DNA of 64,000 bases from Terriglobia bacterium. Its GTDB lineage: Bacteria; Acidobacteriota; Polarisedimenticolia; Polarisedimenticolales; JAIQFR01. Below the pieces are notes generated by a model. It searched no databases. It saw nothing but the letters and a program-made list of their open reading frames with translations, and was not told where the DNA came from. Below, piece after piece: positions 51,990 through 61,787 of this stretch. Both the position numbers and the translations under genes were made by a program. The DNA is taken from contig CAVVHE010000004.1 of NCBI GenBank assembly GCA_963748015.1, positions 1,632,001-1,696,000 of the forward strand, in the 5' to 3' direction. Position 1 is the first letter of the stretch. Each line of letters starts with the position of its first letter.

Positions 51990-52160
51990 GCGAGTCGGCC
52001 GCTCGCGTTCGAGTTCGACCCGAAGCGGCCCTGTTTTCGCGCGGCCGTTTCTTCCCTGAACGGCCGCGCGAAAACTGGAGCAAGGCGGCGCGGCGACTTG
52101 CGCCGCGCAACGCCGCAGCGTGCCGCGCGGGTCGAACTCGAACGCGAGCGGCCGACTCGC
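51990..52160 (+). repeat. Structured intergenic element family A, copy 2
   Basis: Perfect 33-bp arms (51990-52022 / 52128-52160) around the 105-nt core. Confidence 0.9.
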
Positions 52161-52174
52161 CGCCTCGAAGACAC

Positions 52175-54775
52175 CTACCGATACGCGGCGAGGTCCTCTT
52201 CGGTCAGGCTCCGGACCCGCTCGAGGAACGACGCCTGGCGCTCCTCGTCGAGAACGATCCGGTCGGCTTCCTCGACGAGCAGCCCCTCGAACAGCGCCCG
52301 CTTCCCTTCGATGACCTTCCGGACGCGCTCCTCGATCGCGCCGCGGGTCACGAAGTGCAGCACCTGCACGCTCGCGCGCTGACCGAGCCGGTGGACCCGC
52401 GAGATCCGCTGCTCGAGGACCGCCGGATTCCATGGCACCTCGAGGTTGACGACGACGGACGCCGCGTCCTGGAGGTTGAGCCCCAGCCCGCCGGCGTCGG
52501 TGGAGAAGAGCACGCGGAGGTCGTTCTCGGAGCGGAATGCGTCCAGCATGCGAGTTCGCGCGCCGGAATCGAGGCCTCCGTGGAAGACCTCGGCCCTCTC
52601 TCCCCGCCGCTCCAGCAGCTCCCGGACGACGAAGTGCGCGAGGCGCAGCATCCGCTCCCACTGGCTGAACACGACCACCTTGGCGTCGGACTGCTCGAGC
52701 AGGTCCTCGAGCACGCGGGCGAACTCCTCCAGCTTGGGCGACTGGAGCGCCTTCAGGTCCTCCCGCGTCGCGATCCGTCCTGAGGCGAGCCTCCGACCCG
52801 TCCGCTCCCACGCGTACTGCCCGAGAGCGTTGCACAGGATACGCATGCTCGTGAGCGCCTGGAGGAGCACCCGCACCTCGCTCGGGCGGAGCGGCCGGTT
52901 CCTTCCCACGAGCATGGCGACGCGGGCCGCCTCGCGGCGATACGGGCGCCACTGCGACGGCGCCAGCTCCGTCCAGAAGGTGTGGTCGATCCGCGGCGGA
53001 AGCTGGTCGAGCACCGCGTTGCGCTCGCGCCGGATGAACAGCCCCGAGAGCCGGCTCCGCAGGAGGTCGAACCCCTCGTACGCCACCACCCTGCCGGTCG
53101 CGTCGGTCACGACGTGGAGGGGGATCAGCCTCCATCGCGGCCCGAGCACCCGGGGATGCAGGAACTCGACCAGCGAGTGGAGCTCGCCCAGGCGATTCTC
53201 GAGGGGAGTTCCCGTGAGGATGAACGCGTAGGGGCTCTCGAGCCGCTTCACCGCTTTTGCGGTCTTCGTGTCCCAGTTCTTGATCCGCTGCGCCTCGTCG
53301 AGGATCACGACGTCCGGACGAGCGGTGCGGATCGCGTCGAGGTCTCTCAGGACCAGCTCGTAGTTCAGGACGAGGAAACCCTCCCGCCACTCGCGGTACG
53401 CCTCGAGGCGCGAGTCGTGGCTGCCGTCCAGGACCGTCGCGCGCTCGCCGCACGCGCGCTCGATCTCCTGCTGCCACTGGTGCTTGAGCGAGGCCGGACA
53501 GACCACGAGCGCCCGGGCGGCCCCGGCGGCCTTCCGGAGAAGCAGCGTCGCCGCGATGGCCTGCACGGTCTTGCCGAGCCCCATGTCGTCCGCCAGGAAC
53601 GCCCTCCCGCGCCGCGCCAGAAAGGCGACGCCGTCCTCCTGGTAGGCGTGGAGCTTGAGGCCGAGCGCCGGCACGACCTCACGCCAGACCTCGCCGCCGC
53701 GCGAGGCGGCCTCGAGCTGCTTCGATGCGGCGGCGTTCTCCTCCGCCTCGCGGAGCCGTGCCTCGACGGCGGGATCGAGGTCGAGCACGAGACCCCGTGC
53801 CGCGGCCGACGCTCGCGCGGCCTGCACCGCGGCGCGCACCCACTCCAAGGTGAGGGAATCGGACGGCGTCTCGCGAAGCCAGCCGTCCTCGCCGTAGTAC
53901 GACGCGATCTCCTCCGGCAGGGGGCCGTCGGGAACGTCCGCGCGGACCTCGCGCAGCGGGTCCGGCGGCGCAGAAGGCCACTCGCGGGGCTTCCACCAGA
54001 CGGAGAGGACGCGCGTCGGGTATCGCTTCCGCTTGCGGGAGAACCACCCCCGCACCCTCTCGACGTGCTTGCAGACCCCCAGCTCGTTCTTCGCGAAGTC
54101 CGGGCACGTGCACGAAGGAAGCGACCCCTTCGCGCCGCGGAGCACCACCACGTAAGGCGCGCCCGGCTCCCGGCCCGCGACGAGAAACCGAGGCGGACCT
54201 CCCTTCCCCGAGATCCTGCGGATGTGCGCGCGCTCGCGGCGCGCCCGCTTCCGCCGCGCGGCGATCTCCTCCTCGCGTCCCTGCCCGATCCGCTCCTCCG
54301 CGGTCGGTGCCCAGTCGGCGACGCCGGATACCAGCGTTCCCGCGGGTAGCTTCGCTGGCGTCAGGATCCGGCCCCGGCCGCGCGCAATCCGCCCGCCGCG
54401 CTTCGGCGCCCTGGTCTTCCCCGATCTCGCGCCGGGGGCGAATCGCGGGAACCTCAGGGCCTCCACCGCCGCCACCGCGTGCTTGCAGACGGGCCCCCAG
54501 TCGAACGGGCACGTGCAGCGGCTGACGAGGAGGCCGCCGGCCGCCGCGACCTCGACCAGGTAGGGCGTGGGACCGGAGTCCTTGACGCGCGCTTCTAGGA
54601 ACCGGCCGTCGGGGCCGAGGCGGAGCGACTGGACCCGGCCGAGGAGCGCGGTCTCGCGGCCGCTGCGCGCGATGCGCGCGCCCGCCCACTTCTCGAGGTC
54701 CGCGGAGATCAGCGCCGGATCGGCGCCCGCGGGGGGCAGCAGCCGCTTCGCGCGCTTCGTGGTCTTCCGGGCCAA
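52175..54775 (-). CDS. SNF2-family helicase with two N-terminal SWIM zinc fingers
   Basis: CTCP..CKH twice; LADDMGLGKT, DEAQ, LTGTPLEN, GLNLQ and QRISRVHRLGQ. Confidence 0.9.
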   Translation of the reverse strand: MARKTTKRAKRLLPPAGADPALISADLEKWAGARIARSGRETALLGRVQSLRLGPDGRFLEARVKDSGPTPYLVEVAAAGGLLVSRCTCPFDWGPVCKHAVAAVEALRFPRFAPGARSGKTRAPKRGGRIARGRGRILTPAKLPAGTLVSGVADWAPTAEERIGQGREEEIAARRKRARRERAHIRRISGKGGPPRFLVAGREPGAPYVVVLRGAKGSLPSCTCPDFAKNELGVCKHVERVRGWFSRKRKRYPTRVLSVWWKPREWPSAPPDPLREVRADVPDGPLPEEIASYYGEDGWLRETPSDSLTLEWVRAAVQAARASAAARGLVLDLDPAVEARLREAEENAAASKQLEAASRGGEVWREVVPALGLKLHAYQEDGVAFLARRGRAFLADDMGLGKTVQAIAATLLLRKAAGAARALVVCPASLKHQWQQEIERACGERATVLDGSHDSRLEAYREWREGFLVLNYELVLRDLDAIRTARPDVVILDEAQRIKNWDTKTAKAVKRLESPYAFILTGTPLENRLGELHSLVEFLHPRVLGPRWRLIPLHVVTDATGRVVAYEGFDLLRSRLSGLFIRRERNAVLDQLPPRIDHTFWTELAPSQWRPYRREAARVAMLVGRNRPLRPSEVRVLLQALTSMRILCNALGQYAWERTGRRLASGRIATREDLKALQSPKLEEFARVLEDLLEQSDAKVVVFSQWERMLRLAHFVVRELLERRGERAEVFHGGLDSGARTRMLDAFRSENDLRVLFSTDAGGLGLNLQDAASVVVNLEVPWNPAVLEQRISRVHRLGQRASVQVLHFVTRGAIEERVRKVIEGKRALFEGLLVEEADRIVLDEERQASFLERVRSLTEEDLAAYR

Positions 54776-54953
54776 GGCGCTCCTCTCCGCACCCGCGAGG
54801 CCCCGTCGGCCGAAAGCCGCGGAGCAAACTCCACAGTTTGTCCCATTCCGCCCGTTTCGCGCAAACCGCGCCGTGCGGGCCGGTTCCCGTTCGGGTTATC
54901 CTGGGGCGCGCCGGCGCGGTCCCGTCCTCGCGCCGCGCGGGAAGGAGCGTGTC

Positions 54954-55790
54954 ATGAACGAGGTTCGGATCGGCGACGTGGTGATCGGCGACGGCAGGCC
55001 GCTCACGCTGATCTCCGGCCCCTGCGTCCTGGAGGACGTGGATCTCGCCCTCAAGATCGCGGAGACGCTGAAGAAGGAGACCGCGAAGCGCGGGTTCCAG
55101 CTCATCTTCAAGGCGTCCTACGAGAAGGACAACCGCGGGAAGCCCACGGGCTACGGCGGCCCCGGCCTCGAGAAGGGCTTGGAGTTCCTCGCCCGGATCC
55201 GGCGAGAGGCCGGCGTTCCCGTTCTCTCCGACGTGCACCGCGAGACCGACGTGGCCGCCGCGGCGGAAGTGCTCGACGTCCTGCAGATCCCGGCGTTCCT
55301 CTGCCAGCAGACGAGCTTGGTGCTGAAGGTCGGGGAGGCCGGCAAACCGGTCAACGTGAAGAAGGGGCAGTTCCTCGCCCCGGAGGACATGAAGAGCGCG
55401 GTCGAGAAGCTCCACCACACCGGGAACAAGCAGGTCCTCCTCACCGACCGCGGCACCTCTTTCGGATACCACCGGCTGGTCTTCGACGTCCGCGGCGTCG
55501 AGATCATGAAGTCGCTCGGATGCCCGGTCGTGGTGGACCCGACCCACATGGTCCGGATCTACGGGCGCCCGAGCAGCGATCCCGCCGGCGGCGAGCCGCA
55601 GTTCGCGCACGTCCTCGCGCGGGCGGGCGTCGCCGCGGGGGCCAACGCGCTGTTCATCGAGACGCACCCGCAGCCGTTCAAGGCCGCCTGCGACGCCGCG
55701 AGCATGATCCGGCTCGGCGACCAGCTCCCGGAGCTCCTCGACCAGGTCCGCCCGATCGCCGAGGCCGTCCGCGAGCGCGGCCTCGCCTGA
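54954..55790 (+). CDS. kdsA: KDO-8-phosphate synthase family protein (divergent)
   Basis: GPCVLE, LQIPAFLCQQT, NVKKGQF, DPTH and FIETHP; AAGGAG RBS. Confidence 0.8.
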   Translation: MNEVRIGDVVIGDGRPLTLISGPCVLEDVDLALKIAETLKKETAKRGFQLIFKASYEKDNRGKPTGYGGPGLEKGLEFLARIRREAGVPVLSDVHRETDVAAAAEVLDVLQIPAFLCQQTSLVLKVGEAGKPVNVKKGQFLAPEDMKSAVEKLHHTGNKQVLLTDRGTSFGYHRLVFDVRGVEIMKSLGCPVVVDPTHMVRIYGRPSSDPAGGEPQFAHVLARAGVAAGANALFIETHPQPFKAACDAASMIRLGDQLPELLDQVRPIAEAVRERGLA

Positions 55791-55805
55791 GGAGTAGGCG
55801 CGCTC

Positions 55806-55960
55806 GGGGTCCGCGTTCGAGTCCGCCCCGAAGCGGCCCTCTTTTCGAGCGGCCGTTTCTTCCGTTAACGGCCGCTCGAAAAGCGGAGCAAGGCGGCGCG
55901 GCGACTTGCGCCGCGCAACGCCGCCGCGTGCCGCGCGGGGCGGACTCGGACGCGGACCCC
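55806..55960 (+). repeat. Structured intergenic element family A, copy 3
   Basis: 25-bp arms (one T-G) around the 105-nt core, with compensatory changes. Confidence 0.9.
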
Positions 55961-55973
55961 TGGCTCGCGACGC

Positions 55974-58046
55974 CTATGCCGGCACGCCGACGCGGTTACG
56001 ACCGTCGGCCTTCGCGCGGTAGAGCGCCAGGTCGGCGGCGCGCAGGATGGCGTCGGCCGTCGCGCCATGCAGCGGGTAGGAGGCGACGCCGAGAGAGACG
56101 GTGATCGAGTCCAGGACCCGTTCGCGGTGCTGCACGCGGAGCATTCTGACCGCTTCCCGCAGCCTCTCCGCTCGCGCCCGCGTCCCCTCGAGCGACGCGC
56201 CGGGCAGGATCAGCACGAACTCCTCGCCGCCGTAGCGGCACGCCACGTCCCCCTGCCGCAGCTGCGACGCCAGCCAGCCTCCGAGCTCGCGGAGCAGGGC
56301 GTCGCCGGCCTCGTGGCCGTACCGGTCGTTGTAGGGCTTGAAATGATCCACGTCGAGCATGACGATCGAGAGGCTCCCTCCCCGCCTCGACGCGCCGTGG
56401 ATCTCGCGCGCGAGGGTCTCCTCCATGTAGCGGCGGTTGAACAGGCCGGTCAGCGCGTCCCGGACCGACTGCTCCCGCAGCGTGTCCTGGAGCCTCAGGT
56501 TCGCGATCGCGAGCGCCAGGCGCTCCGCGACGATCTCGGCGAGGCCGTGCGGGCTCTCCGGCCCCGTCTCGCGTCCGAAGTCCGCGCCCGTCTCGCCCCC
56601 GGCCAGGGTGAGAACGCCCAGCGTCTCCACCTGCGCGGTCAGCGGGATGCAGAGCGACGTTCCCCACCCGCCGGAGAAGAGGTGCGAGCAGGCCGGGGTC
56701 GAGCCGTCGCTCCGCGAGATGTGGCTTCTCCCGCGGCGGAGGGACCAGCAATCCTGGGCGTCCACGAGGCGCTCCTTGCCGGGATCGAACGCGGGGCTTC
56801 CCCAGAACGCCGTCGCGTCGAGCAGCGTCCGCTCGGCGTTCATGACGAGGATCGCGCCGCGGCTTCCGGGAAAGAGCCCCTCGAGAAGCCGGGGAGCGAC
56901 GTCGAATGCCTCCTGCAGCGTCCGGCAGGAGTGCAGCAGGTCCCCCATCTCCCGCAGGAGCGCCTGCTCGCGCCCGCGCCGCTCGAGGCGCTCCGCCATC
57001 GTGTTGAACGCGCGCGCGAGCCTCCCCACCTCGTCGTCGCGCTCCACCGGGACGCGCTGGGTGAGGTCGCCGGCGGCCAGCCCCTGCGCCGCGCGGCCGA
57101 TCGCCGCGACCGCGTTGGCGATCCCCACCGACGAGGCGAGCATCCCCCACAGCGCGAGGGCCAGCGCGACGAACGGCCCGATCAGCGCCACGGCCTTCCC
57201 GATCCGCACCGCCCACGCGACCCGCCGGACCTGCCCCTCGATGAACGCCTTCTCCCCCTCGATGAACTCGGAGGCGGCCGCGGTCAGCTCGTCCGCGAGC
57301 TTCCTGCCCTTGCCCGAGGCGACGAGATCCCTGCTCCGCGAGTCCGCGGACCGGTTGCCCTCCGCCTCCTCGCGAAGGATCGCTTCCACCTCCCGCACCT
57401 GACCTTCCGTGACGGGACCGCCGCCTCGCCCGCTTCCGAGCCGGTCGAGCAGCCCCATCGCCCGCTTCCACTGCTCCCGGTCCTCCGGGTCCACCTCTTC
57501 CGCCGCCGCCGCGCGGACGAGACTCCGGACCTCGTCCAGCTTCCGCCGCGCCGGGAGGGCGTCGGCTCCGCCCCGCTGCAGCTCCCGCGCGAAGCTCACG
57601 ATTCCGAGGTAGGCCTGTTGCGATGCGTCGCTCACGCGGGGAGGGGTCGAGCGCCGCGCGCCGATCGCCGGGATGGCCACCTCGGTCCGCCACTTCTCGA
57701 AGAGGCGGGCCATCTCCTCCACGCGGCGCCGCTGGTCCGGCCTCCGCTCCGTCATGCGTTCCAGCGCGGCGGCCGCCGGCCCGAACGCATCGGCGCCTCG
57801 CAGGAACGCGTCGAGGAACGCGGGGGAGCCGGTCAGGATGTAGGCATGCTGGCCCGACTCCGCGTCGGCCGCCGTTCTCGAGAGGGCTCGCATGCGATCC
57901 ACGACGTCGTCGGTCTCGGCGATCGTTCGCGTTGCGGTGGCGCTGGCGACGAGGCAGCCGTAGAGGATCGCCCACGCCACGATCACGACGACGAGCGGCG
58001 CCGCGAAACCGAGGAGGATCCTCCCCCGCAAGGTCAGGGGGCGCAC
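55974..58046 (-). CDS. Diguanylate cyclase (TM-CHASE3-TM-HAMP-GAF-GGDEF)
   Basis: DAESGQHAYILTG (CHASE3-like), DEVGRLARAFNTM (HAMP), DALTGLFNRR and RQGD...YGGEEF. Confidence 0.88.
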   Translation of the reverse strand: MRPLTLRGRILLGFAAPLVVVIVAWAILYGCLVASATATRTIAETDDVVDRMRALSRTAADAESGQHAYILTGSPAFLDAFLRGADAFGPAAAALERMTERRPDQRRRVEEMARLFEKWRTEVAIPAIGARRSTPPRVSDASQQAYLGIVSFARELQRGGADALPARRKLDEVRSLVRAAAAEEVDPEDREQWKRAMGLLDRLGSGRGGGPVTEGQVREVEAILREEAEGNRSADSRSRDLVASGKGRKLADELTAAASEFIEGEKAFIEGQVRRVAWAVRIGKAVALIGPFVALALALWGMLASSVGIANAVAAIGRAAQGLAAGDLTQRVPVERDDEVGRLARAFNTMAERLERRGREQALLREMGDLLHSCRTLQEAFDVAPRLLEGLFPGSRGAILVMNAERTLLDATAFWGSPAFDPGKERLVDAQDCWSLRRGRSHISRSDGSTPACSHLFSGGWGTSLCIPLTAQVETLGVLTLAGGETGADFGRETGPESPHGLAEIVAERLALAIANLRLQDTLREQSVRDALTGLFNRRYMEETLAREIHGASRRGGSLSIVMLDVDHFKPYNDRYGHEAGDALLRELGGWLASQLRQGDVACRYGGEEFVLILPGASLEGTRARAERLREAVRMLRVQHRERVLDSITVSLGVASYPLHGATADAILRAADLALYRAKADGRNRVGVPA

Positions 58047-58969
58047 GGTGCCTCCTCGGCGTCCGCGCGCGGCAGCGCCGGGCTCGCGTCCTCCGCGGGA
58101 CGTGGCACCGCGGCGGACGGCGCGACGCTCTCCGCGTAGGCGATCCTCGCGCGAATCTCGACCGCGTGCAGCCACGCGGCGCCGAACCACCCCGCCTGCG
58201 CCGCCGCGGCGGCGACCCATCCCCCTTCTCCCGCCACCCGCGCGAGCGCGAGACCGGCCACGGCCGACAGAGCCTGGAGCGAGACGAACGCCGCTCCGAT
58301 CCCGAGGGTGGCGGCGAGACGCCGCCAGCACAGCGCGAGCGACCGGCCGAAGCCGGGCAGAAGGCGCTCGTCCGGCCGGGCCTCGCGGCAGGCCAGCGCG
58401 AACCCCACCACGCTCCGCGCGTGGAGCGCGGCGAACAGCAGCACGGCCGCGCGGGCCGCGACGGCGGCCCAGAACGCCCAGCGCCCCTCGACCGCCCTGG
58501 CCCCCGCCGAGATCCCGGCAAGGACGCCGATCGCGATCGCACCGGTCGCCACGGCGTAGACGGCGCTTAGCGCCGACAGGACCACGAAGACCCGGAATCG
58601 CTTCGCGCCGGCGATCCAGAACCGGCTCCACGGGCGCTCCGGCCGCTCGGCGGCGAGTCCGTAGGCGCCTCCCGCGAGGATCACGGCGAGTGGCAGGAAG
58701 ACGAGGAGCAGCGGGAGGACGCCGGCGAGCGCCGCGGGCCAGAGGGCCGGCGACGTGCGGCCCAGCTCGGCGATCACCTCGATGCCGCCGTCCGCGATCA
58801 GCCGCCGCGCGCCGGGCTGGCCGTCGAGCGCTTCGTGGACCGCGGAGGAAAACGGCGCCGCCGCGACCCAGGCGAACGCGAGCGCCGCGCCGTAGAGGTG
58901 GAGCGCGACGGGCAGCAGGGAGCGGCCCCGCCCGAAACCGTCCGCGACCGCCCGCAAGAAGAGTCTCAT
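58034..58969 (-). CDS. Hypothetical multi-pass membrane protein
   Basis: Several hydrophobic segments; in apparent operon between the peptidase and the cyclase; GAGGAGG RBS. Confidence 0.75.
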   Translation of the reverse strand: MRLFLRAVADGFGRGRSLLPVALHLYGAALAFAWVAAAPFSSAVHEALDGQPGARRLIADGGIEVIAELGRTSPALWPAALAGVLPLLLVFLPLAVILAGGAYGLAAERPERPWSRFWIAGAKRFRVFVVLSALSAVYAVATGAIAIGVLAGISAGARAVEGRWAFWAAVAARAAVLLFAALHARSVVGFALACREARPDERLLPGFGRSLALCWRRLAATLGIGAAFVSLQALSAVAGLALARVAGEGGWVAAAAAQAGWFGAAWLHAVEIRARIAYAESVAPSAAVPRPAEDASPALPRADAEEAPCAP

Positions 58970-58975
58970 CCCTCC

Positions 58976-60970
58976 TCAGAATGCCGAGAGAAAGGCGGAG
59001 AAGAGAGCCTCCAGAACCCAACCGGCGCGGGCGGCGAGGCGATTCGCCGGCCCGGCATCGGCATCCTCCTGCCAGCCGTTGTTGAGCCGGAAGCGCTCGA
59101 GCGGAAGGCGCGCCTCGGGATCCACCTCGACCTTCGCGAGCCGGCGCCCGGCGTAGCGGAAGGCCTTCGGGGATCCCGTGCCGTCCCAGGTCTCCTCCCG
59201 AACGGACCCGTCCGAGAAGGTCATCCGCACGGTCACCGGCAGGACGAGCCCTCCGGAGCAGCCGATCCAGGCCTCGGCGCCCTGATCCGGCGCTGCGGCC
59301 GTCGGCCCGCCGGCCGACTTCGACGCGAACTCGGGGGGCGTCTTCGAGAGGTCGTAGCCGCGGAACGGCTCCTTCCCGGGGTTCGCCACCGCGAGGACCT
59401 CGAAATCCAGGGTGTCCGTGCCCCGAAGGAGCCGGCTCACGAGCGACTCGATGCCGGGGCCCATGACCTCGCGGACCGTCTCGAGGAACTCCTCGGTCGT
59501 CGGGTGGCGGAATCGGGCGCGCTCGAAGAACGTGCGGAGGAGACGGTCCACCGCCACCGTTCCCTCGAGGTTCTCGACCGTCTTCAAAATGAGGGACGGC
59601 TTGTAGTAGCTCATCGCGCCGTAGGAGTCGAAATCCGGGTAGTCCCACGATCTCCTGAGCACCGGCGCCGTCTCGGCCATGTCCAGGTACCCCAACCGGT
59701 GGAGGCCGACCTCCCCCCCGGAGAAACCCAGCACCTCGTCGAGGACCGAGCGGTCGGGGCCGAACCACCCGTCGAGAATGCGCGACTCGACGTAGCTCGC
59801 GAGCCCCTCGTCGAGCCACGCCGCCTCGAACTCGTTGTTCGCGCTCATCCCGTACCAGTACTGGTGGGCGACCTCGTGCACGACGGCGAGCTCGGGAATG
59901 CGGAACCAGCGGGGAATCGCCGGGCTCGCGGCGCCGGTCACCAGCGTCGGGTACTCCATGCCCCCCGCGCCGCCGCCGTCAGCCGGAGGCTCCACGACCG
60001 TCAGCACGGAATACGGGTACGGGCCGAGCTTGCGGGTGAGGAACTCCAGCGCGCGCTTCGCCGACTCGACGCTACGCGGCAGCGAGGCGGTGTTCTCGGG
60101 CTGCGTCAGGATCCGGATCTCGACGTCGCCCCACCGCTCGGTCTTCTCGACGAAGCGCGGCGAGGCGGCCCAGGCGAAGTCGTGGACGTCCTCGGCTCGG
60201 CAGAGAAGGGTCTTTCGGCCGGGCCGCTCCCTCCGCTCGCCCCAGATGACGCCGGTGGCGCCGACGATCTGGTCGTCGGGCACGTCGATCGCCACGTCGT
60301 ACACCCCGAAGTCCGAGTAGAACTCCGACGCGTAATGGAACGGGTGGCAGTTCCAGCCCTTCGCCTCCTCCCACACGCCGAGCTTCGGGAACCATTGCCC
60401 GGCCATGTGGAAGCGCCTCGCCCACCCGGTGCGCGCGAAGACCTTGGGGAGCTTCACCTCGAACGCGGCCCGGACCTCGATCGCGGCGCCCGCGGGGACC
60501 GGGGCCGGGAGGCGCGCCCGCATCACGGTGCGGTCGGGGCCGGGGAACTCCTGCACCAGGGGGATCTCCCTCCCGGACTGAAGGAGGACGAGCGACGACA
60601 CGACGATGTTTCCCCAGCTCTCGTCGTCGAACCGGAACTGCCGGTGATGCCCGCGGGACTCTCTCATGAACACCGTCTCGCTGTTCGCGAACCCGTTCAT
60701 GTAGAGGTGGAAGTAGAGGTCCGGGGCGGGATCCCGGGTGATGTTCCGCCAGCGGATCGTCTCCGTGCCCTTCAGGACGTGCGAGGCCGGATCGAGGCTC
60801 ACCTCGATGGCGTAGTTCGCGTTCCGGGGGGAGAGCGGCTCGGGGAACAGGACCGGCGGACTCTCCGCCCGGGCCAAGAACGGGATCGCGAGCAGGAGCG
60901 CCCGAAGACCGGACCGGCGAAGGACCGCCCGGAACCGTCCCGGGAGCGGCGGAGAGTCTTCGCGCGCCAC
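58976..60970 (-). CDS. M1-family aminopeptidase, exported
   Basis: GGMEYP and HEVAH-x18-E (WLDEG) zinc motif. Confidence 0.92.
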   Translation of the reverse strand: MAREDSPPLPGRFRAVLRRSGLRALLLAIPFLARAESPPVLFPEPLSPRNANYAIEVSLDPASHVLKGTETIRWRNITRDPAPDLYFHLYMNGFANSETVFMRESRGHHRQFRFDDESWGNIVVSSLVLLQSGREIPLVQEFPGPDRTVMRARLPAPVPAGAAIEVRAAFEVKLPKVFARTGWARRFHMAGQWFPKLGVWEEAKGWNCHPFHYASEFYSDFGVYDVAIDVPDDQIVGATGVIWGERRERPGRKTLLCRAEDVHDFAWAASPRFVEKTERWGDVEIRILTQPENTASLPRSVESAKRALEFLTRKLGPYPYSVLTVVEPPADGGGAGGMEYPTLVTGAASPAIPRWFRIPELAVVHEVAHQYWYGMSANNEFEAAWLDEGLASYVESRILDGWFGPDRSVLDEVLGFSGGEVGLHRLGYLDMAETAPVLRRSWDYPDFDSYGAMSYYKPSLILKTVENLEGTVAVDRLLRTFFERARFRHPTTEEFLETVREVMGPGIESLVSRLLRGTDTLDFEVLAVANPGKEPFRGYDLSKTPPEFASKSAGGPTAAAPDQGAEAWIGCSGGLVLPVTVRMTFSDGSVREETWDGTGSPKAFRYAGRRLAKVEVDPEARLPLERFRLNNGWQEDADAGPANRLAARAGWVLEALFSAFLSAF

Positions 60971-60979
60971 GACCCGCGC

Positions 60980-61681
60980 CTACGACGCCATGAGCGAGCC
61001 GCCGGTGGCGACCGAGCCGCCGGCGGGGGCGAGGTGTCGCTCCATCGCCGCGCGGGCAAACGCGACGTGCTCGCCGAGAAGCTCCCGTGAGAAAGCGGCG
61101 GGGGCGAAGATCACCACGAGCAGCGCGCGGGTCGCCTCCGTGACCGCCGTCCTCTGCGAGTCCGAGGACGGATTGCCGAAGGCCCCGTCCTCGTCGGCCA
61201 GCGTCGGGCGCCCGCCGAGGTGCACGGCGTCCTTGCGGATCCCCTCGAACGATTCTCCCGGCAGGCCGCGCCGGAGCCGGATGCGGCCGCGAATCCTCGC
61301 GGTGTCGTACAGCCCGATCGGGAGGAGGAAGCGGAGCGAGCAGAGATTGCAGACGTCCACCGCGCTCAGGATCCGGGGCAGGGGCTTCCCGAGCAGCACG
61401 CGCCGCAGCAGAGCCTCGGAAGAAGGGCGCGTGCGCGTGGGATCGAGCCCGAACGCGCGATACAGGTCGCGGGCGGGAGCGAGCCCCGGGATGTCCGAGG
61501 GAGCCCGCCCCGCATGCCGCGCGGCCAGCTCCTCGCCGAGCGCTTCCATCTCCGCGACGAGCGGCGGGGACGCGGGACCGACCGCGACGGGCTCTCCCCA
61601 GGCCAGACCGAGGCGGACGAGCGGCGCGATTCCCGGGTCCACCTCGAGGGCGATCGGTGAGGGCTCGCGCGTGTCGGTCAT
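60980..61681 (-). CDS. Stand-alone B3/4 (PheRS-beta editing-like) domain protein
   Basis: DPTRTRPSSEALLRRV, VDVCNLCS, PIGLYD and FGNPSSDS; GAGG before ATG 61681. Confidence 0.85.
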   Translation of the reverse strand: MTDTREPSPIALEVDPGIAPLVRLGLAWGEPVAVGPASPPLVAEMEALGEELAARHAGRAPSDIPGLAPARDLYRAFGLDPTRTRPSSEALLRRVLLGKPLPRILSAVDVCNLCSLRFLLPIGLYDTARIRGRIRLRRGLPGESFEGIRKDAVHLGGRPTLADEDGAFGNPSSDSQRTAVTEATRALLVVIFAPAAFSRELLGEHVAFARAAMERHLAPAGGSVATGGSLMAS

Positions 61682-61787
61682 TCGGTCCTCGCGCGCCGGA
61701 GCGCGGCGCCAAGTATAGTAGAGGGGCGCACCGGTCCGTCGTCCCTTCACCCGGGACGGAAATCCGGAACGGGCGGCCGGGTCCCTC

